64,000 nt of DNA from Clostridia bacterium (GCA_017934975.1 JAGBIM010000006.1:2311-66310), one strand, 5' to 3'. Counted from the stretch's first letter, positions 20,674-30,205 are shown. Made by a program: numbers and translations. Notes: generated from the letters alone by a model not told the origin.

Positions 20674-21288
20674 ATGGCTCTTGAACTGTCGGTCAGCGCT
20701 CTTTTGGGGTATCTGATCGGAAATATTATTCCCGCCGCCCTTTTGGATAAGATCAAAAAAGCGGGTCTGCGGAAAAAAGGCACGAGGAATTTAGGTGCCA
20801 CCAACACTCTTTTGGTGCTGGGCAAAAAATGGGGAGTTCTCGTTTTGATCTTCGATATGCTGAAGGCCTTCTTCGCCGTATATCTGGCTCAGTGGATCTT
20901 CCCCCTGCAACCTTTGTCGGGCATGGTCAGCGGAACCTGTGCCGTGCTGGGCCACGTGTTCCCCTTCTATATGGGATTTCGGGGCGGCAAGGGCCTTGCG
21001 GCCTTCGGCGGATTGGTGCTGGCGGTGGATTGGCGTCTGTTCCTGCTTCTGTTAGGTGTGGACGCGGTGCTGGTGCTTCTGACCGACGTGTGGGTGGTCA
21101 CCCCCTTCTTTGCGGGGATCTTCTTCCCCCTGCTCTACGGAATTTTCTTCCACGATCTGTGGGGTGCTCTCGTGGCGGCTCTGGCAGGTGCCGTTCTGAT
21201 CTATAAAAACGTGGAAGGCCTGCGCCGTGCCCTGCGGGGAGAAGACAAAAGCGTGCGGCAGACCCTGTTTAAGAAAAGAGAGAAATAA
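20674..21288 (+). CDS. plsY: glycerol-3-phosphate acyltransferase
   Basis: NLGATN, DMLKA, GHVFP, FRGGKG; transmembrane helices. Confidence 0.88.
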   Translation: MALELSVSALLGYLIGNIIPAALLDKIKKAGLRKKGTRNLGATNTLLVLGKKWGVLVLIFDMLKAFFAVYLAQWIFPLQPLSGMVSGTCAVLGHVFPFYMGFRGGKGLAAFGGLVLAVDWRLFLLLLGVDAVLVLLTDVWVVTPFFAGIFFPLLYGIFFHDLWGALVAALAGAVLIYKNVEGLRRALRGEDKSVRQTLFKKREK

Positions 21289-21302
21289 TCAAATGGAAAA
21301 AC

Positions 21303-21337
21303 AAGCCCCGACGAAATGTTTCCGTCGGGGCTTTTTT
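21303..21337 (+). terminator. rho-independent terminator
   Basis: AAGCCCCGACG...CGTCGGGGCTT followed by a T-run. Confidence 0.75.
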
Positions 21338-21371
21338 ATATTTCGGGTGTGAGAATCTTTGTGACCCAAAC

Positions 21372-21884
21372 AACCCTTCCACCGCTTCGCGGTCCCCCTC
21401 CCCTTACTAAGGGGAGGCTTACGATTGCGCATCGTTTATCGATTGCACACCGTTCAAGAGACGTGCAAAAACCCCTTCCACCACCACGCCGCACTACGGC
21501 AGGCGCGGCGGTCCCCCTTCCCCTTCCTTTGGCAAGGAAGTGGACGGCGAGGACAGAGGGCGAGCCTTGCCAAGGGGCGTTAAGAGAGATGTTCCTTAAA
21601 AAGTTTTGCAATAGAATTGCGCGGCAGGGGAATTCAATAAAACCTTTCCCCCGACGGATGAAATCCGTCGGATCACGCTTTCCTTTCTCTTGGTACTTCT
21701 CTTTCCTTTCCCGAAAGGAAAGAGAAGTACACCCCCCCCGTCCGCAAAAAAAAGACCGAGAAGAAACTCCTCTCGGTCTTGCATAAAAAAATTCGTTTTT
21801 CCCCCGACGGATGGAAATCCGTCGGATTTCGCTTTTCTTTCTTTTGGTACTTTTCTTTCTTTTCTCGAAAAGAAAGAAAAGTAC
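21372..21884. repeat. mosaic repeat cluster in inverted orientation
   Basis: CCGACGGA palindromes at 21651 and 21804; triplex-type modules at 21678-21730 and 21832-21884; G-rich modules at 21372-21545. Confidence 0.88.
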
Positions 21885-21908
21885 ACGTTCCCCATCCCCT
21901 CAACCCAA

Positions 21909-23231
21909 TCAGTGGTACTTGGGCAGGTAATCGCCGTGGGCCACGATCAGATCGTCCACCATCTTCTTGATGGTGTCGATGTCCAGTTCGCTGGCGGTGT
22001 GGGGATCCAGCATGGCGGCCTGATAGATATGCTCCAGCTTCTTGGTGTGAGCCGCTTCGATGGTCAACAACTGCACGTTGATATTGGTCATGTTCATGGC
22101 GGCACACTGCACGGGGAGGGCGCCCACGTGGCAACCGTGGATGCCGTACGCGTCTACCAAGCAGGGCACTTCCACGCAGGCTTCCGCGGGCAGGTTGGTG
22201 ATCAGCCCGTTGTTCAGCACGTTTCCGCCGATCTTATAGGGGTTGCCCGTAACCATGGATTCCATGATGTGGGAGGCGTATTCCCGGGAGCGCTTGTGCT
22301 CCTTCACGCCGTTCTGCAACAGTTCCTGACATTCCTTCTTCCAGCCGTTGATCTGGTTCACACAGCGGCGGGGATATTCGTCCAGAGGAATGTTGTATTT
22401 TTCGATGAGCTCGGGATACTTGCTCTTGATGTAGAACATATTGTATTCCGCGTTATGCTCGCTGGATTCGGTGCAGTAGTAGCCGAAATTTTTGATATAT
22501 TCCAGACGGACTTTATTGTTACATTCGGGATCGGCGATCTTCGCGTCGATGAGGGACTTGATTTCGGGATACAGATCCACCCCGTTCTTGTCCTTCAGCT
22601 CCAGCAGCCAAGCCATGTGGTTGATGCCGGCGATGAGCTCCTTTGCCCCTTCCAGACGGGCGGTGTCCAGTCCGAGGGTCTTGAACAGGGATTCGGAGCA
22701 GACCTGAACGCTGTGGCAGAGACCCACGGTCTTCACGCCGGTGTAACGCTGCATATAGCCGGTGAGCATGGCCATGGGATTGGTGTAGTTCAAGAACCAT
22801 GCGTCGGGGCAGACTTCTTCCATGTCACGGGCAAAATCCTCCATGACGGGAATGGTGCGCAGGGCACGCATAATGCCCCCGATGCCCAGGGTGTCGGCGA
22901 TGGTCTGACGCAGGCCGTATTTCTTGGGAACCTCAAAGTCGATGATGGTGCAGGGATCGTAGAGCCCCACCTGAATGGCGTTGACCACGAAATCCGCGCC
23001 GCGCAGAGCGTCCTTACGGTTTTCCACGCCCAGATAGCTTTCAATCTTGGCGTTGCTGCCCAGAGTTTTGCGCATGGCCTCCAGAATGGTGGCGCTTTCC
23101 TTCAGCCGATCCCCGTCGATGTCGTAGAGGGCAAAGGTGCTGTCCTTCAAAGATTCGGAGCACATGCAGTCTCCGATGACGTTACGGGCAAAAACGGTAC
23201 TTCCCGCGCCCATAAAAGTAATTTTAGCCAT
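21909..23231 (-). CDS. melA: GH4 alpha-galactosidase/alpha-glucosidase
   Basis: KITFMGAGS, QTIADTLGIGG, NYTNPM, GLCHSVQ, AGINHMAW, TESSEH. Confidence 0.92.
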   Translation of the reverse strand: MAKITFMGAGSTVFARNVIGDCMCSESLKDSTFALYDIDGDRLKESATILEAMRKTLGSNAKIESYLGVENRKDALRGADFVVNAIQVGLYDPCTIIDFEVPKKYGLRQTIADTLGIGGIMRALRTIPVMEDFARDMEEVCPDAWFLNYTNPMAMLTGYMQRYTGVKTVGLCHSVQVCSESLFKTLGLDTARLEGAKELIAGINHMAWLLELKDKNGVDLYPEIKSLIDAKIADPECNNKVRLEYIKNFGYYCTESSEHNAEYNMFYIKSKYPELIEKYNIPLDEYPRRCVNQINGWKKECQELLQNGVKEHKRSREYASHIMESMVTGNPYKIGGNVLNNGLITNLPAEACVEVPCLVDAYGIHGCHVGALPVQCAAMNMTNINVQLLTIEAAHTKKLEHIYQAAMLDPHTASELDIDTIKKMVDDLIVAHGDYLPKYH

Positions 23232-23340
23232 ATCAAATCCTCCTTGCGGTTTTTTCTTTATTGTAGCAAAGAATTCACAAATATTCCATTGATATTCGTG
23301 GCAAAAACTTGTATAATTGTTAGATATAGGGGGGGATTGT

Positions 23341-24111
23341 ATGACACACAGTGAAATTGTCATCAACGAAAACTACGGAGGGTTGAATCCCGTGCAGTAC
23401 GGACGGGAAACCTGCGCGCCCCTCCATTCCTACGGGCCTGCGGTGCGGACCCATTGGCTTTTGCATTACGTCAAGTCGGGGAAGGGAGTTTTCGTGCGGG
23501 AGGGGGAAACCTTTCCGGTCAAGAAGGGGGAAGTCTTTGTGATTCCGCCCTATAAAGAGACCTTTTATCAGGCCGACGAGGAGGACCCGTGGGATTACGT
23601 CTGGATCGGCTTTACGGTCAACGGAGCCGCTCCCGAATGTTTTTCCAAGGCGGTGTTGCACGTGCCCGAGGCGGAGGGGGTTTTCGAGGAAATGCGAAGA
23701 TGCAAGGAATACGAGGGCGGACGGAGCGCCTTTCTGACCTCCTGTCTTTGGAAATTGGTTGGATTTTTGCTGGAATCCGAAACCAAAAAGCCCGACTACG
23801 TGGACAAGGCGCTGAGTTATATTCACGCGGAATACGCCAATCCCATCAACGTGCAGACCATCGCCGACGGGCTGAATCTGGACCGCAGTTATTTTTCCAC
23901 CCTCTTCACGCAAAAGGTTGGGATGCCGCCCCGGGATTATCTGCGGGCCTATCGTCTGAATCGGGCGGCGGAGCTGATGGTGCGGTACGGAGAGCGTCCC
24001 TCTACGGCGGCCCTGTCCGTGGGATACGAGGATCTGTTCCACTTTTCCAAGTCCTTCAAGCAGTTTTTCGGACTCTCTCCCCGGGCTTACGTCAAGGCGA
24101 AGAAGGAGTGA
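23341..24111 (+). CDS. AraC family transcriptional regulator
   Basis: Cupin N-terminus and C-terminal VGYEDLFHFSKSFKQFFGLSP; divergent from melA. Confidence 0.92.
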   Translation: MTHSEIVINENYGGLNPVQYGRETCAPLHSYGPAVRTHWLLHYVKSGKGVFVREGETFPVKKGEVFVIPPYKETFYQADEEDPWDYVWIGFTVNGAAPECFSKAVLHVPEAEGVFEEMRRCKEYEGGRSAFLTSCLWKLVGFLLESETKKPDYVDKALSYIHAEYANPINVQTIADGLNLDRSYFSTLFTQKVGMPPRDYLRAYRLNRAAELMVRYGERPSTAALSVGYEDLFHFSKSFKQFFGLSPRAYVKAKKE

Positions 24112-24133
24112 CGGCGGGGACGGGAGTGGGGGT

Positions 24134-24678
24134 GTTCTTTTCTTTCTTTTCGGGAAAAGAAAGAAAAGAACCAAAAGAAAGAAAAGCGTGATCCGACGGA
24201 TTCTATCCGTCGGGGGAAAGATAAATTACGAAGTGCAAGCCCGAGCGGAGTTTTTCCTCTCGGGTTTTTTTCGATGGGGGTGTTCTTCTTTTTCTTTTCT
24301 CGGGAAAAGAAAAAGAAGAACCAAGAAAAAGAAAAGCGTGATCCGACGGATTCCATCCGTCGGGGGAAAGATAAATTACGAAGTGCAAGACCGAGAGGAA
24401 TTTTCTTCTCGGTCTTTTTTTGTCGACGGGGGTGTCCTTCTCTTTCCTTTCGAGAAAGGAAAGAGAAGGACCAAGAGAAAGGAAAGCGAAGCCGACGGAT
24501 TGTATCCGTCGGGGGAAGGAGAAAAACGGAATTTGCCGCAAGGCGAACAGATCGAATCGCGGAGCGATCTATCGCCCTTTGCCCCGCCCTTCCCCCGCGG
24601 CCCCCGCCGCGGGCCGCCCCCGCGCCGCGAAGCGGCGGGGGCGGAGCATTTTCTCCCGAAAATGCGGAAGGGCCCCCT
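24134..24678 (+). repeat. three tandem ~150-bp units plus a GC-rich tail
   Basis: Palindromes at 24193, 24343 and 24492; near-duplicate at 27489-28035. Confidence 0.92.
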
Positions 24679-24787
24679 GCAAAAGTTTTATTATTTTTAA
24701 CAAATGGAATCTTGCGTAGATCCCTTACGATATGATATAATGAAAAAAAGGAGTCTTTTTGTAAATCCTTTTCAGGAGGTCGATTTG

Positions 24788-27475
24788 ATGAAGCAAATTT
24801 GGAAAAACCACAAACTCCTCGCATCGGTTCTTGCAGCTGTTTTGGTTCTTGCTCTCGGGGTCGCTGTGCTGATCCCCCTCCTCGCACCCGATCAAGACGA
24901 GCCTGCCGACGAAGGACTGACTCGCGGTTCATGGGCAGCGCTTCTCGGCGAAACCTTTGGCTATTACGAAAGCTCCAAAAAAGAGCCCTATTATTCCGAC
25001 GTCCCCTCCGACCACCCTCTCTTTTCTACGGTCCAGGCCTTGAAAGAGGATGGGATTCTGGAATACGAAGGGGCCTTCGAAGCCGATAACCCCGTCCTTT
25101 TCGACGAAATGCTTGCGGACGGCGTAAAGATTTACGGCGAAACCTATTTGACAAATCGTCTGAAGAAAGCCGACCCCACGGCGGAGGATTTCAAGGACTA
25201 CATCCGAACTGCCGTCACCCTTTCCGCCCAATATCAAGGCGACAGTCGCCTTACGCAGATCCAGGCCTCCCAATGGCTGACCCAACTGCACGACGGATGG
25301 CTGAACCGGGAATTCGGCAACTCTTTCGTTTCCGAGAAGCAGGAGTCCGTGAAGGAAAATTTGGAAGAAACCGAATATACCCTGACGGAAAACACTCTGA
25401 CTCTGGAAACCGAAGCCCCCGTTCAGGTGGGCGAGATCCTCCTGCTGGGTCCCACGAAGGACTATCCCAACGGTGTGGCCCGCAAGGTGGAGGCGATTGT
25501 CGACGGAGATGGGGACGGCTACGTTCTGACCGTTTCCACCCCCGCTCTGGAAGAAATTTTCGAGAATTTCACTCTGGAATTTTCTCAAACCCCCGAACCG
25601 GGTGATTTCATCCCCGCGGAAGGCATCACCGTGGAACAAACCGCGGAGGGAGAAGATCTGCTGGTCAGCATCAACCCCTCCATCTTCGGCGGGTCGGATC
25701 AAATTTTGCCCCCGGGGACCCCTGCGGCAGGCACGGTAAAACCTCTTGGTGGATTTTCCTCCGGAATTTCCGGAACCTTCTTTGACCGCAGTATCACCGT
25801 TTCCTCCGAGGATCTTCCTTTCGGGAACAAGACCCCTTTGACCGTGAACCCCGACTTTCCCGGAGGCTCCTTCAATGGAGCGGACAATCGGGCGGACGGG
25901 ATCTTTTTGGACGAAAACAACAACAAAAAGAGCAAATTTGACGCAGGCTTCGAGTTGGAATGCGGCCTGCGGTTGAGCGATTTCCGCATCAGCGGCGCTC
26001 TGAATTGGAAGGGCTTGATCTATGCCTCCGAATTCAGCGTAAGCACGTCTCTGAAGGTGACCCCCTATTTCCGCCTGCGGGGCAACGCCCAACAGTCCTT
26101 CAAACTGGGCTCCATCCCTCTGCAGTTGGGCTACGGCTTTTCCGCACGGGTGGATCTGTACGTGGTCATTTCCATCGACGGCGAAGTTTCCGTAGAACCC
26201 ACCATTTATTGCCGCGGCTCCGTTCAGAAAGCCTCCGGCTCTTATTTGCCGCGGGTTTCGGGCTCTGCCGCCTGCAACACGGAAATCTCCGTCAGCGCCA
26301 ATCTGGGCGTTCAGATCGGACCGGATATTACCCTCTCCTTCCTGGACGTGGTGGATTTCGTGGATGCCTACATTCTGGTGGGCGTGGGTGCTTCCGCAAC
26401 CTGGAACAGCAATACCCCCGACGATCTCAGCGTGGAAATTTATCTGCCCACCCTGCACGTGGGCATCGGCATGAACGAGGATACCCTTCTTTCGGTCTTG
26501 CTGGACGTCTTTGGAGATGCACGGCACGATTGGGCGATTTTAGACAACAACGGCGGCACCTGGCGTTGCCCCCTTTCCTTCACCCGCACCTTCCGGCTGG
26601 TGAAAGCGGAACCCCTGGTCTGGGATTTCAAGGACGGCGTTCTCTCCGTTTCGGGAACGATCCCCGATTATATCGGAGAAGACACGGGTGAGTTTATGCC
26701 TCCCTGGTTCCGAGGGACCCAGGAAGATCCCGGTACGGAGGAGGAACCCAATTCCGCGAACGTGGAGATTAAGAAAGTCATCGTTGCCGAAGGGGTGACC
26801 CATATCGGCGCGGGGGCCTTCAGCGCTTTGTCGGGCTTGGAAGAGGTGGTGTTGCCCTCCAGCCTGCAGACCATTGGGCAGGACGCCTTCAGCGGATGTG
26901 AAGAACTGAAATCCATTACCATCCCCGACGGAGTAACCGAAATCGGCAAATGCGCCTTTGGATTCTGTCCGAATCTGGAGCAGGTGAATCTGGGCAAGGG
27001 GCTGACGAAACTGGGGGCGGAGACCTTCTACGGTTGCTCGGCTCTGAAGGAAGTCGTCCTTCCCGATTCGCTGAAAACCATTGGAATGAGCGCGTTTTAT
27101 CAATGCACCTCTCTGAAAACCGTCACCTTCGGCAAGGGCCTTGAGAAGATGGGGCTGGAGGTTTTTTACGGTTGCTCCGCGCTGGAAGAGCTCGCTTTGC
27201 CCGAGGGCCTGGAACGGATTCCCCCCAAGGCGTTCTACGATTGCACGGCGCTGAAAAAGGCGGTTCTCCCCGCGTCTCTTCGCGAAATCGGGATGCTGGC
27301 CTTCGGAAACTGCCGCGCGCTGACCGAGTGTAACCGGGCTTCCGACCTGCATTCGGATAACACAGCCTTTTACAACTGCGTGGGCTTGGGCGAACACGAT
27401 TACGGGAATTCGCAGGTTTGGGAAGACGCCTACGCACAGCGGTACGAGCATTTTGTCTCGGATAGGATTGAGTAA
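24788..27475 (+). CDS. membrane-anchored surface protein with SLH-like N-terminus and BspA-type leucine-rich repeats
   Basis: N-terminal transmembrane helix; LTRGSWA/YSDVP SLH-like segment; C-terminal LPxSLxxIGxxAFxGC repeats. Confidence 0.85.
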   Translation: MKQIWKNHKLLASVLAAVLVLALGVAVLIPLLAPDQDEPADEGLTRGSWAALLGETFGYYESSKKEPYYSDVPSDHPLFSTVQALKEDGILEYEGAFEADNPVLFDEMLADGVKIYGETYLTNRLKKADPTAEDFKDYIRTAVTLSAQYQGDSRLTQIQASQWLTQLHDGWLNREFGNSFVSEKQESVKENLEETEYTLTENTLTLETEAPVQVGEILLLGPTKDYPNGVARKVEAIVDGDGDGYVLTVSTPALEEIFENFTLEFSQTPEPGDFIPAEGITVEQTAEGEDLLVSINPSIFGGSDQILPPGTPAAGTVKPLGGFSSGISGTFFDRSITVSSEDLPFGNKTPLTVNPDFPGGSFNGADNRADGIFLDENNNKKSKFDAGFELECGLRLSDFRISGALNWKGLIYASEFSVSTSLKVTPYFRLRGNAQQSFKLGSIPLQLGYGFSARVDLYVVISIDGEVSVEPTIYCRGSVQKASGSYLPRVSGSAACNTEISVSANLGVQIGPDITLSFLDVVDFVDAYILVGVGASATWNSNTPDDLSVEIYLPTLHVGIGMNEDTLLSVLLDVFGDARHDWAILDNNGGTWRCPLSFTRTFRLVKAEPLVWDFKDGVLSVSGTIPDYIGEDTGEFMPPWFRGTQEDPGTEEEPNSANVEIKKVIVAEGVTHIGAGAFSALSGLEEVVLPSSLQTIGQDAFSGCEELKSITIPDGVTEIGKCAFGFCPNLEQVNLGKGLTKLGAETFYGCSALKEVVLPDSLKTIGMSAFYQCTSLKTVTFGKGLEKMGLEVFYGCSALEELALPEGLERIPPKAFYDCTALKKAVLPASLREIGMLAFGNCRALTECNRASDLHSDNTAFYNCVGLGEHDYGNSQVWEDAYAQRYEHFVSDRIE

Positions 27476-27488
27476 GAGCGAGGTGCGT

Positions 27489-28035
27489 GTACTTCTCTTT
27501 CCTTTCGAGAAAGGAAAGAGAAGGACCAAGAGAAAGGAAAGCGAAGCCGACGGATTTCATCCGTCGGGGGAAAGATAAATTACGAAGTGCAAGACCGAGA
27601 GGAGTTTTCTTCTCGGTCTTTTTTTGTCGACGGGGGTGTTCTTCTTTTTCTTTTCTCGGGAAAAGAAAAAGAAGAACCAAGAAAAAGAAAAGCGTGATCC
27701 GACGGATTGTATCCGTCGGGGGAAAGATAAATTACGAAGTGCAAGACCGAGAGGAGTTTTTCCTCTCGGGTTTTTTCGATGGGGGTGTACTTTTCTTTCT
27801 TTTCACGGGAAAAGAAAGAAAAGTACCAAAAGAAAGAAAAGCGAAGCCGACGGATTGTATCCGTCGGGGGAAGGTGAAAAAACGGAATTTGCCGCAAGGC
27901 GAACAGATCGAATCGCGGAGCGATCTATCGCCCTTTGCCCCTCCCTTCCCCCGCGGCTCCCGCCGCGGGCCGCCCCCGCGCCGCGAAGCGGCGGGGGCGG
28001 AGCATTTTCTCCCGAAAATGCGGAAGGGCCCCCTG
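27489..28035 (+). repeat. three tandem ~150-bp units plus a GC-rich tail
   Basis: Palindromes at 27547, 27699 and 27847; tail nearly identical to 24520-24678. Confidence 0.92.
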
Positions 28036-28090
28036 CGCGTGAATTCTTTCCCAAACCCCGCATATTTAAGAAAAATTTCACAATCCCCCC

Positions 28091-28119
28091 TTGCAAAACG
28101 CTTCGATTTGTGGTATAAT
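28091..28119 (+). promoter_or_regulatory. sigmaA promoter of tRNA-Trp
   Basis: TTGCAA-17 nt-TATAAT with extended TG. Confidence 0.75.
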
Positions 28120-28156
28120 AGAACCCTGTCGAAGAGATTCGACCTTAACGAAATAC

Positions 28157-28232
28157 AGGGGTATAGCTCAGCCGGTAGAGCAGCGGTCTCCAAAACCGCG
28201 TGTCCTGGGTTCGATCCCTAGTGCCCCTGCCA
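28157..28232 (+). tRNA. tRNA-Trp (CCA)
   Basis: 76-nt cloverleaf; anticodon arm GCGGT-CTCCAAA-ACCGC; GGTTCGATCC T-loop; encoded 3' CCA. Confidence 0.97.
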
Positions 28233-28235
28233 AGT

Positions 28236-28285
28236 AAAAATCCCGCAAACCGTTGCAAATCAACAGGTTGCGGGATTTTTCTTTT
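28236..28285 (+). terminator. hairpin/terminator after the tRNA
   Basis: AAAATCCCGCAA...TTGCGGGATTTT. Confidence 0.65.
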
Positions 28286-28377
28286 TATGCCATTTTGCAG
28301 GCTGACAAATCTTTTCATGTCATTTGACAAATGTTTTCCTGTTTTTTCCTTACTTTTCCGCCCTTTTCGGGCACAAA

Positions 28378-28397
28378 ATTTGTCAAAACATTTGTCA
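28378..28397 (+). repeat. putative integrase arm-type site (left)
   Basis: ATTTGTCAAAACATTTGTCA, identical at 47776-47795; inverted TGACAAAT at 28303 and 28325. Confidence 0.65.
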
Positions 28398-28742
28398 GAT
28401 TTTTTAATCCGAGATAATTTCATTCAATAATGTTATATACAAAATATTTGTGGAAATTGTAAATATGTTAAAAAACAAATACAACGGTGAGAAGTATACA
28501 CAAAACTATTTTCGTCCGAAGTCATTTGGCGAAAGTCCAGATTGGACCAGTTCGCCGAACGGAAGGTTCTGTAAAAATTAGACATAATTTTTTTCCTTTC
28601 TTTTTTGAATTATTTTATTGTTTTCGTTATAAGTATGAGCAACGAAAAAATTAAAAAGTTGTTTTTGAATAAAAATTTTCGACATTTTTTCTATCCGAAA
28701 ATAAAAACAGACGCCATCGTAACACCTCCTTTCAGGCATAAG

Positions 28743-28982
28743 AAAAAGCCGCTATACATACGCACTAATCCCTTGGTTGGGATTAATAAAAATATGTATA
28801 GCGGCTCTTTTGAGCCTAAATGGGCGCTACGCGGCGTCCTATGTGCGCTTAAGAAAACTCTCAAGCAGCTTGTCTTGGGAACCAATCCGTCGACATATGT
28901 TTATGTATGTGAGTGGCGGATGCAATGGCATACGCGGAACACTTTACAATATACTTTTACCATAAAATCTAACATTTGTCAA
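28743..28982 (-). promoter_or_regulatory. promoter plus structured leader/terminator
   Basis: TTGACA (28982-28977)-17 nt-TAAAAG; 14-bp stem 28747-28760/28793-28806 with U-run; AAAGGAGGT RBS beyond it. Confidence 0.45.
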
Positions 28983-29223
28983 CAGGATGTCTGGTTATTT
29001 TACAATTCCAGCAAGTTTTGCACTTTTTCCTCTTCGTTCTTGCGGGTGTTCCGGCGTGCTCCTCCGCATCTGTCATGGCGGCATGGAAGGGGAACGGGCA
29101 GCGGAGCAGGCCTGCGGGCCTGGAGACATAGATAAAAATAAATATAAATATAAATATATAGAATAGCAATGTTTCCCATAAGACAAGGAAAGACTCTCTG
29201 CATATAAACAGAGAGTCTATATC

Positions 29224-29415
29224 TTATCCTTTTACCTTTAAGTACTGTTCATATAATTCCTTATCCGAAGGAAGGACGGATTGCTCAAAAACTTTGCATG
29301 CCACACTATGAGCTACTTTCCATTGCACACACCTCGCATCCGCAAGAATGCATCTGCCCCCTACATAATTGCAACAGTGTCGCACGTTCTTTCTTATTCG
29401 ATTTGGGTCAATCAT
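29224..29415 (-). CDS. cysteine-rich VLP domain protein
   Basis: CCNY...C...CVQ...ACKVFEQSVLP pattern typical of Firmicute mobile elements. Confidence 0.75.
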   Translation of the reverse strand: MIDPNRIRKNVRHCCNYVGGRCILADARCVQWKVAHSVACKVFEQSVLPSDKELYEQYLKVKG

Positions 29416-29520
29416 TGATTACCACCGCCCTTCCACAATAAGTATGTAAGATGGGGGATGGTGATAATTTTCATAAAAAGACCGAAAGCCTTAAACTCTC
29501 GGTCTTCTTCGAATACTATG

Positions 29521-29844
29521 TTATACCCCGGGGTGTGTGGAAACGATTCCCGACGTTTTCGGAAAAGACGGATCTTTTTGCGTCATTGCCAACAGCCGAC
29601 AGGCCGCCCCTTCCGGATGATTTCGTCCGGACTCCCACGCTTCTACCGTTTTTACCGAAACTCCCATATATTTTGCAAAAAGCATCTGCGTTAATCCGGT
29701 GTTTTTACGAATCGTTCGAATTTCTTCGGGCTTAAATTTTTCTACGGGCTCCACGGTCAGAGTTGTGGTTTTTGCCTTTAATTTCCCTTTTTCGTAATCA
29801 ATTGCCTGTCCGAGTCCGGTTTTAATATCGTCAAAAATGCTCAT
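29521..29844 (-). CDS. XRE/HigA-like HTH antitoxin
   Basis: IRKNTGLTQMLFAKYMGVSVKTVEAWESG. Confidence 0.88.
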   Translation of the reverse strand: MSIFDDIKTGLGQAIDYEKGKLKAKTTTLTVEPVEKFKPEEIRTIRKNTGLTQMLFAKYMGVSVKTVEAWESGRNHPEGAACRLLAMTQKDPSFPKTSGIVSTHPGV

Positions 29845-29857
29845 AAAAACAACTCCT

Positions 29858-30205
29858 TCACCCTTCGTTTTCTTGCAGTTGACGCTCCAAGGCTTGAATC
29901 ATTTGTTTAATCTCAGCCCGCTCCGCATCTGTTAAATTATCCTTTTCATTTTTAGGATATGCAGTTATCAAAAATATTTTCTCGTAAACCTCAAAATCCA
30001 CATAAATGACACGTATGCTGCCGCTTTTCCCTCTTTGTTCAAAAGCAAACCGCATTTTTCGCACGCCGCCGGTGCCGCGCATTACCGCACCAACCGTTGG
30101 ATCTGCCAACAATTCTTCCTGTAAGCGTCGAAGGTCTGCATCGTTTAATCCGATTTTCTTCCACCTTGTGCGAAAGTGCGGAAGCTCTACAAACGTTCTG
30201 GTCAT
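29858..30205 (-). CDS. RelE/HigB-like type II toxin
   Basis: GTGGVRKMR, GKSGSIRVIY, AYPKNEKDNL; toxin precedes antitoxin. Confidence 0.88.
   Translation of the reverse strand: MTRTFVELPHFRTRWKKIGLNDADLRRLQEELLADPTVGAVMRGTGGVRKMRFAFEQRGKSGSIRVIYVDFEVYEKIFLITAYPKNEKDNLTDAERAEIKQMIQALERQLQENEG

Noticed and set aside
24134-24520. CRISPR array
   Set aside because: Units repeat over their whole ~150 bp with no unique spacers, and there are no cas genes in the window
24087-24932. ORFs such as MFFFFFSREKKKKNQEKEKR in the repeat regions (also near 2754, 7056, 27487-28221)
   Set aside because: Translations of the non-coding purine/pyrimidine repeats in several frames, with no consistent frame or RBS
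28605-29203. Protein-coding ORFs near the island's left end
   Set aside because: Overlapping low-complexity ORFs with non-ATG starts and no motifs; the region is better explained as regulatory or remnant DNA
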